A stretch of 64,000 bases of DNA from Octopus vulgaris (GCA_951406725.2 OX597841.1:2666001-2730000); one strand, 5' to 3'; numbered from the stretch's first letter, positions 23,986 through 38,096 are shown. The notes: generated by a model not told the origin, from the letters alone. Numbers and translations: made by a program.

Positions 23986-24677
23986 TTCCTTGTTCGCTAT
24001 ATATTTTTAATATTCTTGTGTTTCTTGTAATGGAAAATATGAGTAAAATATTTCAAAAATTTTATATTTCTTTGTTTTGTTTTTGTAATATTTGCCTCTC
24101 CTTCTTCCACAACTGCTTGTACAGATTCCTTTCCATAATGTACAAAAACGCCTCCTCCTGACAACCCTACATATCAGGCATAATTATTCAGGGTAGGGCA
24201 TCGGTGATCTTTGCATAGTGAAACACAGGCATGCGACTGAGTTGGAGGCAGAATTACTTGTGTCTTTAGCATGTAAAGAAAACGTTGTTATAGGAGTGTA
24301 CACAGCACATGTACTACAGCTGTACTATATGTAGTTTTAACAATGGAATTGAGGGGCAGGGGCGAATTATAGCTCCTTAATCTACAAAAAAATAAGACAT
24401 TTTGCATGTTATGGGTGCTTATTAGGGTAACCTTTGTAATTTGATTGAATTAGGGGCATGCTTTGCCGTAAAAGAAAAATGTTACTTTTTGATGATGCTT
24501 TTTACATTCCACTGGCACAGGGGGTCAGTCAGGTGGCACTGGCATCGGCCACAACTACAGTTTCCATTTTTGATTTTACTTGACTTAGTAGGTCCCCTTA
24601 AGCACAGTGTGTCACCCAACGATTCAAAGGTACTTCTTAAATGGGATGGTTATGCGACACTGGTATAGGCTACGGCT

Positions 24678-25345
24678 GACAGCTTTTTTGTGGCAGATGC
24701 ACAGGAGCAATAAACACCGAAGATGCTCAGCAAACAGATTCCATCACATGCTAGAGGGAGAAACTAGAAATAGTTGATAACTTCTGTTACCTAGGTGACT
24801 ATGTCTGTAGTTGTTGTGGATGCTTGGAGACCGTTGTCACTAGAATAAGAATAGCCTGTGCAAAGTTCTGAAATATCCGGCTTCTACTGGTGTCAAAGGA
24901 CCACTCGTTCAGAGTGAAATATAGACTGTATGATGCATGTGTGTGTACTGCCATGCTACACGGCAGAGTAACATGGGCCTTGACTGTTGAGGACATATGT
25001 AGGCTTGAAAGAAATGAAGCTAGTATGATCTGCTGGATGTGTAATGTCAGTGTCCATGCACGACAGAGTATAAGTGCCCTTAGAGAAATGTTGGATATAA
25101 GAAGCATCAGATGTGGTGTGCAAGAGAGACGACTGTGTTTGTATGTTCCTTTGCTGCATATGGATGAGGAGAGCTTTGTGAAGAAGTGTCACTCCCTAAC
25201 AGTGGAAGGAACTTGCGGAAGAGGGAGACCCAGGAAGACATAAGATGAGGTGGTTAGGGATGACTTGAAATGGTGGGCTTCACAGAGGCAATGACAAGAG
25301 ACACAGGCCACTGGAGATATGCTGTGACTGTGAAGACCCACACCG
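24678..25345 (+). mobile_element. RTE-clade LINE fragment (copies at ~31028-31695, 36600-37270, 42467-43135, 49118-49785, 57432-57660 truncated, 61348-62015)
   Basis: LEIVDNFCYLGD...RVKYRLYDACV.TAMLHG..TW....ERNEASMICWMCNVS...QERRL...GRGRPRKT is an RTE ORF C-terminus, with in-frame stops. Confidence 0.85.
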
Positions 25346-25766
25346 TATAAATTATAAGGTTGTCCAGGAAGTTATGACCAATGATGTGTGTAGAAGTATC
25401 ATCGTGAAAATGTTTCAAGACTAAAGTTCTCGTTAAATAATTCTTTAATAATATCTTGTTTTGTTATTTAATTTATTTCGTGAACCTGCAATTATATTAT
25501 TTGAGGAATTACAACCGTGTTTCGTGGTCTGCTACCTCAACAGATCCTTTATAGGATCCAGTTAGCTGAAGACATCATCAGGAGGAACCACGCCCGGTTT
25601 CGGCCCCTACTCTTCTACTGTCTTGACGTGACGGGGCCCCCACTTTCGGAGTTGTCTTCAGCTCTGGTGTTGGGTGCATGTCTTCTTTCTTCTGTTCCCT
25701 GGCCTCTTCGACGTATCGTCAGCGAGTGTCAGCCGGTGACTGACCGTCTCATCAAATTTTTCTCTT

Positions 25767-25880
25767 TAAATACCTGCCGCAAAGGCTCCAGCAGGCAGCC
25801 CCAGCAAGTTGTCGTGTGACACTGTCTCACCTTAACAACTTGCTGGGGCTGCCTGCTGGCGGCTGTGCGACAGGTATTTA
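25767..25880. repeat. 114-nt hairpin with 46-bp arms; copies at ~32115, 37690, 43557, 50205, 62437
   Basis: taaatacctgccgcaaaggctccagcaggcagccccagcaagttgt / acaacttgctggggctgcctgctggcggctgtgcgacaggtattta, 4 mismatches. Confidence 0.9.
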
Positions 25881-25959
25881 TTTACATTTTTATTCTCTTC
25901 CCCAGTTCCCTGCCCTTTTTCTCACACATGAAGTAGGGACATCTATCCTACAAATTTTC

Positions 25960-26300
25960 ATGTTACACGTGGCTTAAATGTCCTGTGAACGAATTCCTTT
26001 TAATCAGCTGATAATTCATTTATAATAACTCTAACGCATTCCTCAGCTACCAGATATACACACACATATAACAAAACTATCCCTTATGAAACATTTCCGT
26101 AAGTATTACACAATGAAGATCTTCCAATATTTTAATTCTGTAGACGTTCGGTTTTTTGGCGCATCGATTCTTTGTTTCTCCTCTGTGTTTTATGAACGAA
26201 TGATGTCCTTGACTTTTGAGGTATTTGGCTGCTATTTCTAGCAATCGATGAGAGATGTCTATAATTTGTGCAAGATTTAGCTACTATTGCCAGCTATCGA
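25960..26300 (+). promoter_or_regulatory. Second (orphan) exon-1/intron-start module in each unit
   Basis: cctcagctaccaga...cttatgaaacatttcc GTAAGT at 26099; GT>CT at 32446, 38192, 43886, 50539, 62766. Confidence 0.5.
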
Positions 26301-26765
26301 CGAGAGATATGCCATAATATACACCCGGAAGATCCTAGAAGGACTTGTCCCAAACTTTGGCATCGAGAGTTACACAAATGCCAGAACTGTGTGCCACTGC
26401 GTGGTGCCAAGGACTCCAAATTTGCCATCAAGATGTAGGACAAGATATTGTGATAGCCTGGGCTTCAGAGGCCCACAGCTCTTCAATATCGTCTCGAAGA
26501 ACCTGAGAGACCTGCATGGGGTGGATGCAGATGTCTTTAAAATAAAACTGGGTCTCTTCCTGTCAGGTATCCCAGATGAACCAACTTCACGGCAGGAGGT
26601 GCAGATGAGGGCAGCTTCATCGAACTCTCTCATGCACCAAATGGCAGTTGCTAAAAAGCATTTGTGAAGTAAAATCATGTAGCAACACCAAATGGCGGTG
26701 CCCCAGCATGGCCACAGCTCGCGTGCTGAAACTGGATAAACTAATAATAAATAAATAAATAAGAT
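26300..26765 (+). mobile_element. CR1-like LINE 3' half carried in the unit (copies ~32647-33112, 38300-38672, 44087-44552, 50647-51018, 62968-63430)
   Basis: Matches 19785-20245 (ERYAIIY..KILEGLVPN...tail); the copies at 38300 and 50647 lack roughly the first 90 bp. Confidence 0.85.
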
Positions 26766-29104
26766 ATTAAACCCAATTGATTTAAGGAGACTTAGCTCCC
26801 TTCGCTATTTTCTACCGACACATGCGCGTTTAAACGTCCTTCCTGCTTGACGTTGATATCTGGTTAAATGTGCAGGTGCGTGAATTTCTCTTAATCAGCT
26901 AATAATACATTTATAATAGTTCTAATGTATTCCTCAACTACCAGACACACACATACATAACAACACTGTCCTTTATGAAACACTTCCGTAAGTATTAAAC
27001 AATGAAAATATTCAATGTTTTTAATTCTGTAGACGTTTCGGTTTTTGGCGCGTCAATTCTTTTTTTCTCTTCTATGTTTTATGAATAAGAGATGTCCTTC
27101 GTTTGTGCGAGATTTGGCTGTTATTTCTAGCTACGTGTGTGATTTAGCTGCTATTTCTAGCTTTGGAAGCTACCGTCTGCACTCTCCATCGTTGCTCCGT
27201 TTGTTGCGTGTTTTAGTTTGAGAAATGTACTGAAAGACACCCTGACCACTGAAATGTTTAGAAGCCAAAACCTTATTTGGTTAATGTTTACAGCATTACT
27301 TGGAAACGAAATAAAATAAATTAATAAAAGACTTCCACCAAAGCCCACCCCTATTTTCTCCCAAATTTGTTCATTAAATTTTTTTTTTCCCTAAAAAATC
27401 CCCGTTTTCGAATACGGAGATTCCGGAAAGTTGCCAAAAATCGGCATTGTGAAAATTCCCCGACTAGCTTCTTCAATTTTGACTTTTTTCCGTAACACGA
27501 ACCCTAAAACCCTAACCGTAAGTACAGAGATGCTTTGAAATTTTTGTCCGTATCCTGATGTCTCCGTATTTTTCCGCATTTTTAGAAAAGAAAAAAATTC
27601 TTTAAAAAAACATTTTACAAAGATTTTTGGAATTTTTTTTCATAATCATAATCTCCGTATTTTCCCGCATATTTTAAGGAGAAAAAAGTTTAAAATCATG
27701 GAAATGGGGGAGGAGTTGGTGTAGTTTAGAAATGTCAATTTTTGCTGATTCGCATTCCCCGTAGCCGAAAGGGGAAGGGGTGTATAAAAAAGGTTTAGAA
27801 AAGGGTTTGAGGGGATGATGTAGTCATAGATATACAACACTATACAAACAGACAGGATTGTCATGGATGGAATGTCATTAAACACATGTCTGCTCTGTCA
27901 GAAGTGACCTGGATCTAAAGAACAGTATCAAGTTCTATTTCTGGAGAAGGACTAATGTTAGTGTCCCCTATTCTGTGGTTTTCTTTTCAAACTGTTACAA
28001 AATGTGGAGGGGTCAGTGTAGTTTACAAATATGTCAGCTTCACACAAGATTCTGTGGAGTAAATTTTGATAAATTAGGATGTTCATTTGATCATCGTCTT
28101 TTCATTATCCATTGTCCATGCTGGCATGGTTGGATGGGGAGCTGCAGCAGCCTTCAATCTGAATTGTCATGGTTTCTACTGGATGCCTTTCCAAGTGCCA
28201 ACCACTACATATTGTGCCATAGGGTGCTTTTATGTGGCACCACATGGACATTTGAATGTAGCAGCATTTTTACATGGCATTGCATGGCTACTTTTATGAG
28301 GAATGGCCGTAAGTGCTTTTAACTAGAAGAGGGATGAGTCTTAACACATCTGTTATGAAGTGTGGATCTTCTTGAGTACAACAAGGCCCCAGGAATGTTG
28401 GTCCTTTGTCATCTCACCTGAAAAGTTCTTCAGTACTTCATAGCCTGTCTTTCTGGGTGACCCACATGTTCCATCTGCTTTTAGAGGTTAGCACTTCTTT
28501 ATGGTGCTGTCAGCATCCAGCTCAGTTAAGGCAACTGTTTATCTCTTCAGATTATCTCTATAGAAATGAATCTTTTATTTTTTTAAATAGCCTCTACCAC
28601 AAATGTTCTTTGTCTTTGTCTTTAATTTCAGAGCATCAGATGACAGTGGTGTAACGGAAGACGAACCCTCAACTCTATCCTGTTTTAAAGACTGAAAGAA
28701 AATATTCTATGAAACAGATGTATCAGATTGCTTTTACAAAACTGTAGAAGAATTCCTGTGAAACATTTGTTCTGAAAAAATGTTATTAGCCAAATTTCTG
28801 GACATCACCAACTGGAGTGTGAAGAAGAGAAGCCTGTGTGCTGATTGAAGTTGGATAAATTAATTGAAGTGTTGCTAAACATAAGTAACACTGGACAGAA
28901 ATACAGCAGAAGAACTGTTTGCAAGAAATAAAGTATAAAAAGAAAAAGAAGAAAAAATATAAACTGGGATTTGAGAGGCAAAATATTGGAAGAGAGTGAA
29001 AAAATTGTATGATTCATTTCTTCTGAACACATGAGAGAAGTGATTAGATCATGTGACTGTGATATCTTTACAGATGTCTTTTTGTAAAAGAAAGTAAACT
29101 AATT

Positions 29105-30322
29105 ATGCACAAACGTATTCATATGGGGGAGAAACCCTATCATTGTGATGTCTGTGGTAATTCCTTCTCTCACAGTAGTTACTTATCTAGACACAAACGT
29201 ATTCACACTGGAGAGAAACCATATGCTTGTGATATCTGTGGTAAATCATTCTCTCAGAGTGGTGATGTTACTGCTCACAAACGTACTCATACAGGAGAGA
29301 AACCATATAATTGTGATATCTGTGGTAAATCATTTACTAACATTAGTCATGTAACTATACACAGACGTACTCATACAGGTGAGAAACCATATCACTGTGA
29401 CATTTGTGGTAAATCATTCTCTGAAAATAGAATCTTAACTGCCCACAAACGTACTCATACAGGTGAGAAACCATATCACTGTGATATCTGTGGTAAATCA
29501 TTCTCTTATAATTGTGTCTTAACTGCACATAGACGTATTCACACAGGAGAGAAACCATATCATTGTGATATTTGTGGTAAATCATTCTCTCATAATAATG
29601 TCTTAACTAGACACAAACGTTTTCATACAGGAGAGAAACCACATCATTGTGAAATCTGTGGTAAATCATTCTCTGACGATAGAAACTTAATGAATCACAA
29701 ACGTATTCATACAGGAGAAAAACCATATCATTGTGAAATCTGTGGTAAATCATTCTCTAAAAACTCTAATTTAACTATACACAAACGTATTCACACAGGA
29801 GAGAAACCATTTCACTGCGATATCTGTGGTAAATCATTCTCATATAATTGTGTCTTAACTGCACATAAACGTATTCATACAGGAGAGAAACCATATCATT
29901 GTGAAATCTGTGGTAAATCATTCTCTAAAAATGATTATTTAACTATACACAAACGTGTTCATACAGGGGAGAAACCATTTCACTGCAATATCTGTGGTAA
30001 ATCATTCTCTGACAATAGAAACTTAATGAATCACAAACTGATTCATACAGGAGAGAAACCATATCACTGTGATGTCTGTGGTAAATCATTCTCTAACAAT
30101 AGAAACTTAATGAAACATAAACGTATTCATACAGGAGAGAAGCCATATCACTGTGATATCTGTGGTAAGTCATTCACTGACAATAGAAACTTAACTGCAC
30201 ATAAACGTATTCATACAGGAGAGAAACCATATAATTGTGATATCTGTGGTAAAGCATTTTCTCAAAATTCTATCTTAACAAGACACAGACATATTCATAC
30301 AGGGAAGACAGGAAAAGGGTAG
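29105..30322 (+). CDS. ZNF4: C2H2 protein, 14 fingers
   Basis: Intact; recognition helices of fingers 1-11 match ZNF3; ends GKTGKG*. Confidence 0.9.
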   Translation: MHKRIHMGEKPYHCDVCGNSFSHSSYLSRHKRIHTGEKPYACDICGKSFSQSGDVTAHKRTHTGEKPYNCDICGKSFTNISHVTIHRRTHTGEKPYHCDICGKSFSENRILTAHKRTHTGEKPYHCDICGKSFSYNCVLTAHRRIHTGEKPYHCDICGKSFSHNNVLTRHKRFHTGEKPHHCEICGKSFSDDRNLMNHKRIHTGEKPYHCEICGKSFSKNSNLTIHKRIHTGEKPFHCDICGKSFSYNCVLTAHKRIHTGEKPYHCEICGKSFSKNDYLTIHKRVHTGEKPFHCNICGKSFSDNRNLMNHKLIHTGEKPYHCDVCGKSFSNNRNLMKHKRIHTGEKPYHCDICGKSFTDNRNLTAHKRIHTGEKPYNCDICGKAFSQNSILTRHRHIHTGKTGKG

Positions 30323-33300
30323 TTCCTTGTTCGCTATATATTTTTAATATTCTTGTGTTTCATGTAATGGAAAATATGAGTAAAAATATTTCAAAAATTT
30401 TATATTTCTTTGTTTTCTTTTTGTAATTTTCGCCTCTCCTTCTTCCACAACTGCTTTTACAGATTCCTTTCCATAACGTACCAAAACCCCTCCTCCTGAC
30501 AACCCTACACATCAGGCATGTGCCATCAGTAATTACCCAGGGTAGGGCATCGGTGACGTTTGCATAGTGAAACACAGGCATGCGACTGAGTTGGAGGCAG
30601 AATTACTTGTATCTTTAGCATGTAAAGAAAACGTTGTTATAGGAGTGTACACAGCACATGTACTACAGCTGTACTATATGTAGTTTTAACACTGTAATTG
30701 AGGGGCAGGGGCGAATTATGGCTCCTTAATCTACAAAAAAATAAGACATTTTGCATGTCATGGGTAGTAATCAGGGTAACCTTTGTAATTTGATTGAATT
30801 AGGGGCATGCTTTGCCGTAAAAGAAAAATGTTACTTTTTGATGATGCTTTTTACATTCCACTGGCACAGGGGGCCAGTCAGGTGGCGCTGGCATCGGCCA
30901 CAACTACAGTTTCCATTTTTGATTTTACTTGACTTAGTAGGTCCCCTTAAGCACAGTGTGTCACCCAACGATTCAAAGGTACTTCTGAAATGGGCTGGTT
31001 ATGCAACACTGGTATAGGCTACGGCTGACAGCTTTTTTGTGTGGCAGATGCACAGGAGCAATAAACACCGAAGATGCTCAGCAAACAGATTCCATCACAT
31101 GCTAGAGGGAGAAACTAGAAATAGTTGATAACATCTGTTACCTAGGTGACTATGTCTGTAGTTGGTGTGGTTGCTCGGAGACCGTTGTCACTAGAATAAG
31201 AATAGTCTGTGCAAAGTTCAGAAATTTCCGGGCTCTACTGGTGTCAAAGGACCACTCTTTCAGAGTGAAATATAGACTGTATGATGCATGTGTGTGTACT
31301 GCCATGCTACACGGCAGAGTAACATGGGCCATGACTGTTGAGGACATATGTAGGCTTGAAAGAAATGAAGCTAGTATGATCTGCTGGATGTGTAATGTCA
31401 GTGTCCATGCACGACAGAGTATAAGTGCCCTTAGAGAAATGTTGGATATAAGAAGCATCAGATGTGGTGTGCAAGAGAGACGACTGTGTTTGTATGTTCC
31501 TGTGCTGCATATGGATGAGGAGAGCTTTGTGAAGAAGTGTCACTCCCTAACAGTGGAAGGAACTTGCGGAAGAGGGAGACCCAGGAAGACATAAGATGAG
31601 GTGGTTAGGGATGACTTCAAATGGTGGGCTTCACAGAGGCAATGACAAGAGACACTGGCCTTTGGAGATATGCCGTGACTGTGAAGACCCACACCGTATA
31701 ATTTATAAGGTTGTCCAGGAAGTTATGACCAATGATGTGTGTAGAAGTATCATCGTGAAAATGTTTCAAGACTAAAGTTCTCGTTAAATAATTCTTTAAT
31801 ATCTTGTTTTGTTATTTAATTTATTTCGTGAACCTGCAATTATATTATTTGAGGAATTACAACTGTGTTTCGTGGTCTGCTACCACAACAGATCCTTTAT
31901 AGGATCCAGTTAGCTGAAGACATCATCAGGAGAAACCACGCCCGGTTTCGGCCCCTACTCCTATACTGTTTTGACGTGGCAGGGCCCCCACTTTCGGAGT
32001 TGTCTTCAGCTCTGGTGTTGGGTGCATGTCTTCTTTCTTCTCTTCCCTGGCCTCTTCGATGTATCGTCAGCGAGTGTCAGCCGGTGACTGACTGTCTCAT
32101 CAAATTTTTCTCATTAAAAACCTGCCGCAAAGGCTCCAGCAGGCAGCCCTAGCAAGTTGTGTGACACTGTCTCACCTTAACAACTTGCCGGGGCTACCTG
32201 CTGGAGGCTGTGCAACAGGTATTGAATTTACATTTTTAATCCCCTTCCCCAGTTCCCTGCCCTTTTTCTCACACATGATGTAGGGTCATCTATTCTACAA
32301 ATTTTCATGTTACACGTGGCTTAAATGTCCTATGAATGAATTCCTTTTAATCAGCTGATAATTCATTTCTAATAACTCTAACGCATTCCTCAGCTACCAG
32401 ATACACACACACATATAGCAACACTATCCCTTATGAAACATTTCCCTAAGTATTACACAATGAAGATCTTCCATGCTTTTAATTCTGTAGACGTTCGGTT
32501 TTTTGGCGCATCGATTCTTTGTTTCTCTTCTGTGTTTTATGAACGAATGATGTCCTTGACTTTTGAGGTATTTGGCTGCTATTTCTAGCAATCGATGAGA
32601 GATGTCTATAATTTGTGCAAGATTTAGCTACTATTTCCAGCTATCGACGAGAGATATGCCATAATATACACCCGGAAGATCCTAGAAGGACTTGTCCCAA
32701 ACTTTGGCATCGAGAGTTACACAAATGCCAGAACTGTGTGCCACTGCGTGGTGTCAAGGACTCCAAATTTGCCATCAAGATGTAGGACAAGATATTGTGA
32801 TAGCCTGGGCTTCAGAGGCCCACAGCTCTTCAATATCGTCTCGAAGAACCTGAGAGACCTGCATGGGGTGGATGCAGATGTCTTTAAAATAAAACTGGGT
32901 CTCTTCCTGTCAGGTATCCCAGATGAACCAACTTCACGGCAGGAGGTGCAGATGAGGGCAGCTTCATCGAACTCTCTCATGCACCAAATGGCAGTTGCTA
33001 AAAAGCATTTGTGAAGTAAAATCATGTAGCAACACCAAATGGCGGTGCCCCAGCATGGCCACAGCTCGTGTGCTGAAACTGGATAAAATAATAATAAATA
33101 AATAAATAAGATATTAAACCCAATTGATTTAAGGAGACTTAGCTCCCTTCGCTATTTTCTACCGACACATGCGCGTTTAAACGTCCTTCCTGCTTGACGT
33201 TGATATCTGGTTAAATGTGCAGGTGCGTGAATTTCTCTTAATCAGCTAATAATACATTTATAATAGTTCTAATGTATTCCTCAACTGCCAGACACACACA

Positions 33301-34764
33301 TACATAACAACACTGTCCTTTATGAAACACTTCCGTAAGTATTAAACAATGAAAATATTCAATGTTTTTAATTCTGTAGACGTTTCGGTTTTTGGCGCGT
33401 CAATTCTTTGTTTCTCTTCTATGTTTTATGAATAAGAGATGTCCTTCGTTTGTGCGAGATTTGGCTGTTATTTCTAGCTACGTGTGTGATTTAGCTGCTA
33501 TTTCTAGCTTTGGAAGCTACCGTCTGCACTCTCCATCGTTGCCCCGTTTGTTGCGTGTTTTAGTTTGAGAAATGTACTGAAAGACACCCTGACCACTGAA
33601 ATGTTTAGAAGCGAAAACCTTATTTGGTTAATGTTTACAACATTACTTGGAAACGAAATAATATGAATTAATAAAAGACTTCCACCCCTATTTACTCCCA
33701 AATTTGTTTATTGAATATTAATTAATTTTTTTTTGCCAAAAATCCCCGTTTTCGGATACGGAGATTCCGGAAAATTGCCAGAAATCGGCATTGTGAAAAT
33801 TCCCCGACTAACTTCTTCACTCTGAATTGTCATGGTTTCTACTGGATGCCTTTCCAAGTGCCAACCACTTCATATTGTGCCATAGGGTGCTTTTATGTGG
33901 CACCACATGGACATTTGAATGTAGCAGCATTTTTACATGGCATTGCATGGCTACTTTTATGAGGAATGGCCGTAAGTGCTTTTAACTAGAAGAGGGATGA
34001 GTCTTAACACATCTGTTATGAAGTGTGGATCTTCTTGAGTAGAACAAGGCACCAGGAATGTTGGTCCTTTGTCATCTCACCTGAAAAGTTCTTCAGTACT
34101 TCATAGCCTGTCTTTCTGGGTGACCCACATGTTCCATCTGCTTTTAGAGGTTAGCACTTCTTTATGGTGCTGTCAGCATCCAGCTCAGTTAAGGCAAATG
34201 TTTATTTCTTTAGATTATCTCTATAGAAATGAATCATTTATCTTTTTAAATAGCCTCTACATCTGACACTGTTCTTTGTCTTTAATTTCAGAGCATCAGA
34301 TGACAGTGGTGTAACGGAAGACGAACCCTCAACTCTATCCTGTTTCAAAGACTAAAAGAAAATATTCTCCGAAACAGATGTATCAGATTGGTTTTACAAA
34401 ACTGTAAAAGAATTCCTGTGAAACATTTGTTCTGAAAAAATGTTTTTAGCCAAATTTCTGGACATCACCAACTGGAGTGTGAAGAAGAGAAGCCTGTGTG
34501 CTGATTGAAGTTGGATAAATTAATTGAAGTGTTGCTAAACATAAGTAACACTGGACATAAATACAGCAGAAGAACTGTTTGCAAGAAATAAAGTATAAAA
34601 AGAAAAAGAAGAAAAAATATAAACTGGGATTTGAGAGGCAAAATATTGGAAGAGAGTGAAAAAATTGTATGATTCATTTCTTCTGAACACATGAGAGAAG
34701 TGATTAGATCATGTGACTGTGATATCTTTATAGATGTCTTTTTTTAAAAGAAAGTAAACTAATT

Positions 34765-35898
34765 ATGCACAAACGTATTCATACAGGGGAGAAACCATAT
34801 CACTGTGATATCTGTGGTAAATCATTCTCTCAAAGTATTAACTTATCTACACACATACGTATTCATACAGGAGAGAAACCATATCATTGTGAAATCTGTG
34901 GTAATTCATTCTCTCAAAGTATTCATTTAACCGGACACAAACGTGTTCATACAGGAGAGAAACCATTTCACTGCAATATCTGTGGTAAATCATTCTCTGA
35001 CAGTAGTTACTTATCTACACACAAACATATTCACACTGGAGAGAAATCATATACTTGTGATATCTGTGGTAAATCATTCACTCAAAATAGTAACTTAACT
35101 GTACACAAAGGAATTCATACAGGAGAGAAACCATATCATTGTGATATTTGTGGTAACTCATTCTCTCAGAATAATCACTTAACTACACATAAACGTATTC
35201 ATACAGGAGAGAAACCATATCATTGTGATATCTGCGGTAAATCATTCTCTAGTAGTGGTTATGTTAATGTGCACAAACTTATTCATACAGGTGACAAACC
35301 ATATCATTGTGAAATCTGTGGTAAATCATTCTCTAAAAATGATAATTTAACTATACACAAACGTATTCACGCAGGAGAGAAACCATTTCACTGCGATATC
35401 TGCGATAAATCATTCTCTTATAATTGTGTCTTAACTACACATATACGTATTCATACAGGAGAGAAACCATATCATTGTGAAATCTGTGGTAAATCATTCT
35501 CTCAAAGTATTCATTTAACTGGACACAAACGTGTTCATACAGGAGAGAAACCATTTCACTGCGATATCTGTGGTAAATCATTCTCTGACAATAGAAACTT
35601 AATGAATCACAAACGTATTCATACAGGAGAGAAACCATATCACTGTGATATCTGTGGTAAATCATTCTCTGACAGTAGGATCTTAACTGCACATAAACGT
35701 ATTCATACAGGAGAGAAACCATATCAGTGTGATATCTGTGGTAAATCATTCTCTGACAATAGAAACTTAATGAAACATAAACGTATTCATACAGGAGAGA
35801 AACCATTTCACTGTGATATCTGTGGTAAAGCATTTTCTCAAAATTCTATCTTAACAAGACACAGACATATTCATACAGGGAAGACAGGAAAAGGGTAG
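34765..35898 (+). CDS. ZNF5: C2H2 protein, 13 fingers
   Basis: Intact finger repeats; ends GKTGKG*. Confidence 0.9.
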   Translation: MHKRIHTGEKPYHCDICGKSFSQSINLSTHIRIHTGEKPYHCEICGNSFSQSIHLTGHKRVHTGEKPFHCNICGKSFSDSSYLSTHKHIHTGEKSYTCDICGKSFTQNSNLTVHKGIHTGEKPYHCDICGNSFSQNNHLTTHKRIHTGEKPYHCDICGKSFSSSGYVNVHKLIHTGDKPYHCEICGKSFSKNDNLTIHKRIHAGEKPFHCDICDKSFSYNCVLTTHIRIHTGEKPYHCEICGKSFSQSIHLTGHKRVHTGEKPFHCDICGKSFSDNRNLMNHKRIHTGEKPYHCDICGKSFSDSRILTAHKRIHTGEKPYQCDICGKSFSDNRNLMKHKRIHTGEKPFHCDICGKAFSQNSILTRHRHIHTGKTGKG

Positions 35899-37924
35899 TT
35901 CCTTGTTCGCTATATATTTTTAATATTCTTGTGTTTCGTGTAATGGAAAATATGAGTAAAATATTTCAAATTTTTATATTTCTTTGTTTTGTTTTTGTAA
36001 TGTTTGCCTCTCCTTCTTCCACAACTGCTTGTACAGATTCCTTTCCATAATGTACCAAAACCCCTCCTCCTGACAACCCTACACATCAGGCATGTGCCAT
36101 CAGTAATTACTCAGGGTAGGACATCGGTGACGTTTGCATAGTGAAACACAGGCATGCGACTGAGTTGGAGGCAGAATTACTTGTGTCTTTAGCATGTAAA
36201 GAAAACGTTGTTATAGGAGTGTACACAGCACATGTACTACAGCTGTACTATATGTAGTTTTAACACTGGAATTGAGGGGCAGGGGCGAATTATGGCTCCT
36301 TAATCTACAAAAATGTAAGACATTTTGCATGTTATGGGTAGTAAACAGGGTAACCTTTGTAATTTTATTGAATTAGGGGCATGCTTTGCCGTAAAAGAAA
36401 AATGTTACTCTTTGATGGTGCTTTTTACATCCCACTGGCACAGGGGGCCATTCAGGTGACGCTGGCATCGGCCACAACTACAGTTTCCATTTTTGATTTT
36501 ACTTGACTCAGTAGGTCCCCTTAAGCACAGTGTGTCACCCAACGATTCAAAGGTACTTCTGAAATGGGCTGGTTATGCAACACTGGTATAGGCTACGGCT
36601 GACAGCTTTTTTGTGTGGCAGATGCACAGGAGCAATAAACACCGAAGATGCTCAGCAAACAGATTCCATCACATGCTAGAGGGAGAAACTAGAAATAATT
36701 GATAACTTCTGTTACCTATGTGACTATGTCTGTAGTTGGTGTGGATGCTCGGAGACCGTTGTCACTAGAATAAGAATAGCCTGTGCAAATTTCAGAAATT
36801 TCTGGCCTCTACTGGTGTCAAAGGACCACTCGTTCAGAGTGAAATGTAGACTGTATGATGCATGTGTGTGTACTGCCATGCTACACGGCAGAGTAACATG
36901 GGCCATGACTGTTGAGGACATATGTAGGCTTGAAAGAAATGAAGCTAGTATGATCTGCTGGATGTGTAATGTCAGTGTCCATGCACGACAGAGTATAAGT
37001 GCCCTTAGAGAAATGTTGGATATGAGAAGCATCAGATGTGGTGTGCAAGAGAGACGACTGTGTTTGTATGTTCATGTGCTGCATATGGATGAGGAGAGCT
37101 TTGTAAATTAGTGTCACTCCCTAACAGTGGAAGGAACTTGCGGAAGAGGGAGACCCAGGAAGACATAAGATGAGGTGGTTAGGCATGACTTCAAATGGTG
37201 GGCTTCACAGAGGCAATGACAAGAGACACAGGCCACTGGAGATATGCTGTGACTGTGAAGACCCACACCGTATAATTTATAAGGTTGTCCAGGAAGTTAT
37301 GACCAATGATGTGTGTAGAAGTATCATCGTGAAAATGTTTCAAGACTAAAGTTCTCGTTAAATAATTCTTTAATATCTTGTTTTGGTATTTAATTTATTT
37401 CGTGAACCTGCAATTATATTATTTGAGGAATTACAACTGTGTTTCGTGGTCTGCTACCACAACAGATCCTTTATAGGATCCAGTTCGCTCAAGACATCAT
37501 CAGGAGGAACCACGCCCGGTTTCGGCCCCTACTCCTATACTGTTTTGACGTGGCAGGGCCCCCACTTTCGGAGTTGTCTTCAGCTCTGGTGTTGGGTGCA
37601 TGATTTCTTTCTTCTCTTCCCTGGCCTCTTCGACGTATCGTCAGCGAGTGTCAGCCGGTGACTGACTGTCTCATCAAATTTTTCTCTTTAAAAACCTGCC
37701 GCAAAGGCTCCAGCAGGCAGCCCTAGCAAGTTTTGTGACACTGTCTCACCTTAACAACTTGCCGGGGCTACCTGCTGGAGGCTGTGCAACAGGTATTGAA
37801 TTTACATTTTTAATCCGCTTCTCCAGTTCCCTGCCCTTTTTCTCACACGTGATGTAGGGTCATCTATTCTACAAATTTTCATGTTACACATGGCTCAAAT
37901 GTCCTGTGAATGAATTCCTTTTAA

Positions 37925-38096
37925 TCTCTCTCTATATAAACGGCAGTTTGTCTGTGCGTGTTTCTGTGTGTCTGTTTTCTCGTACCCTCACCCTGACCAC
38001 GGCTTATTTTTTTGCTATTTTTTGGCTATAACTCTCTAAAAATGCTTTATAGTTATTTCCCTTACAAACCTGAGCAACGCCGGGCGATACTGCTAG
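37925..38096 (+). mobile_element. Non-autonomous Helitron, 172 bp
   Basis: 5' TC, 3' CTAG, subterminal imperfect hairpin cctgagcaacgccggg; inserted at A|T of ttaa|tcagctg with no TSD; empty site present in sister units. Confidence 0.85.
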
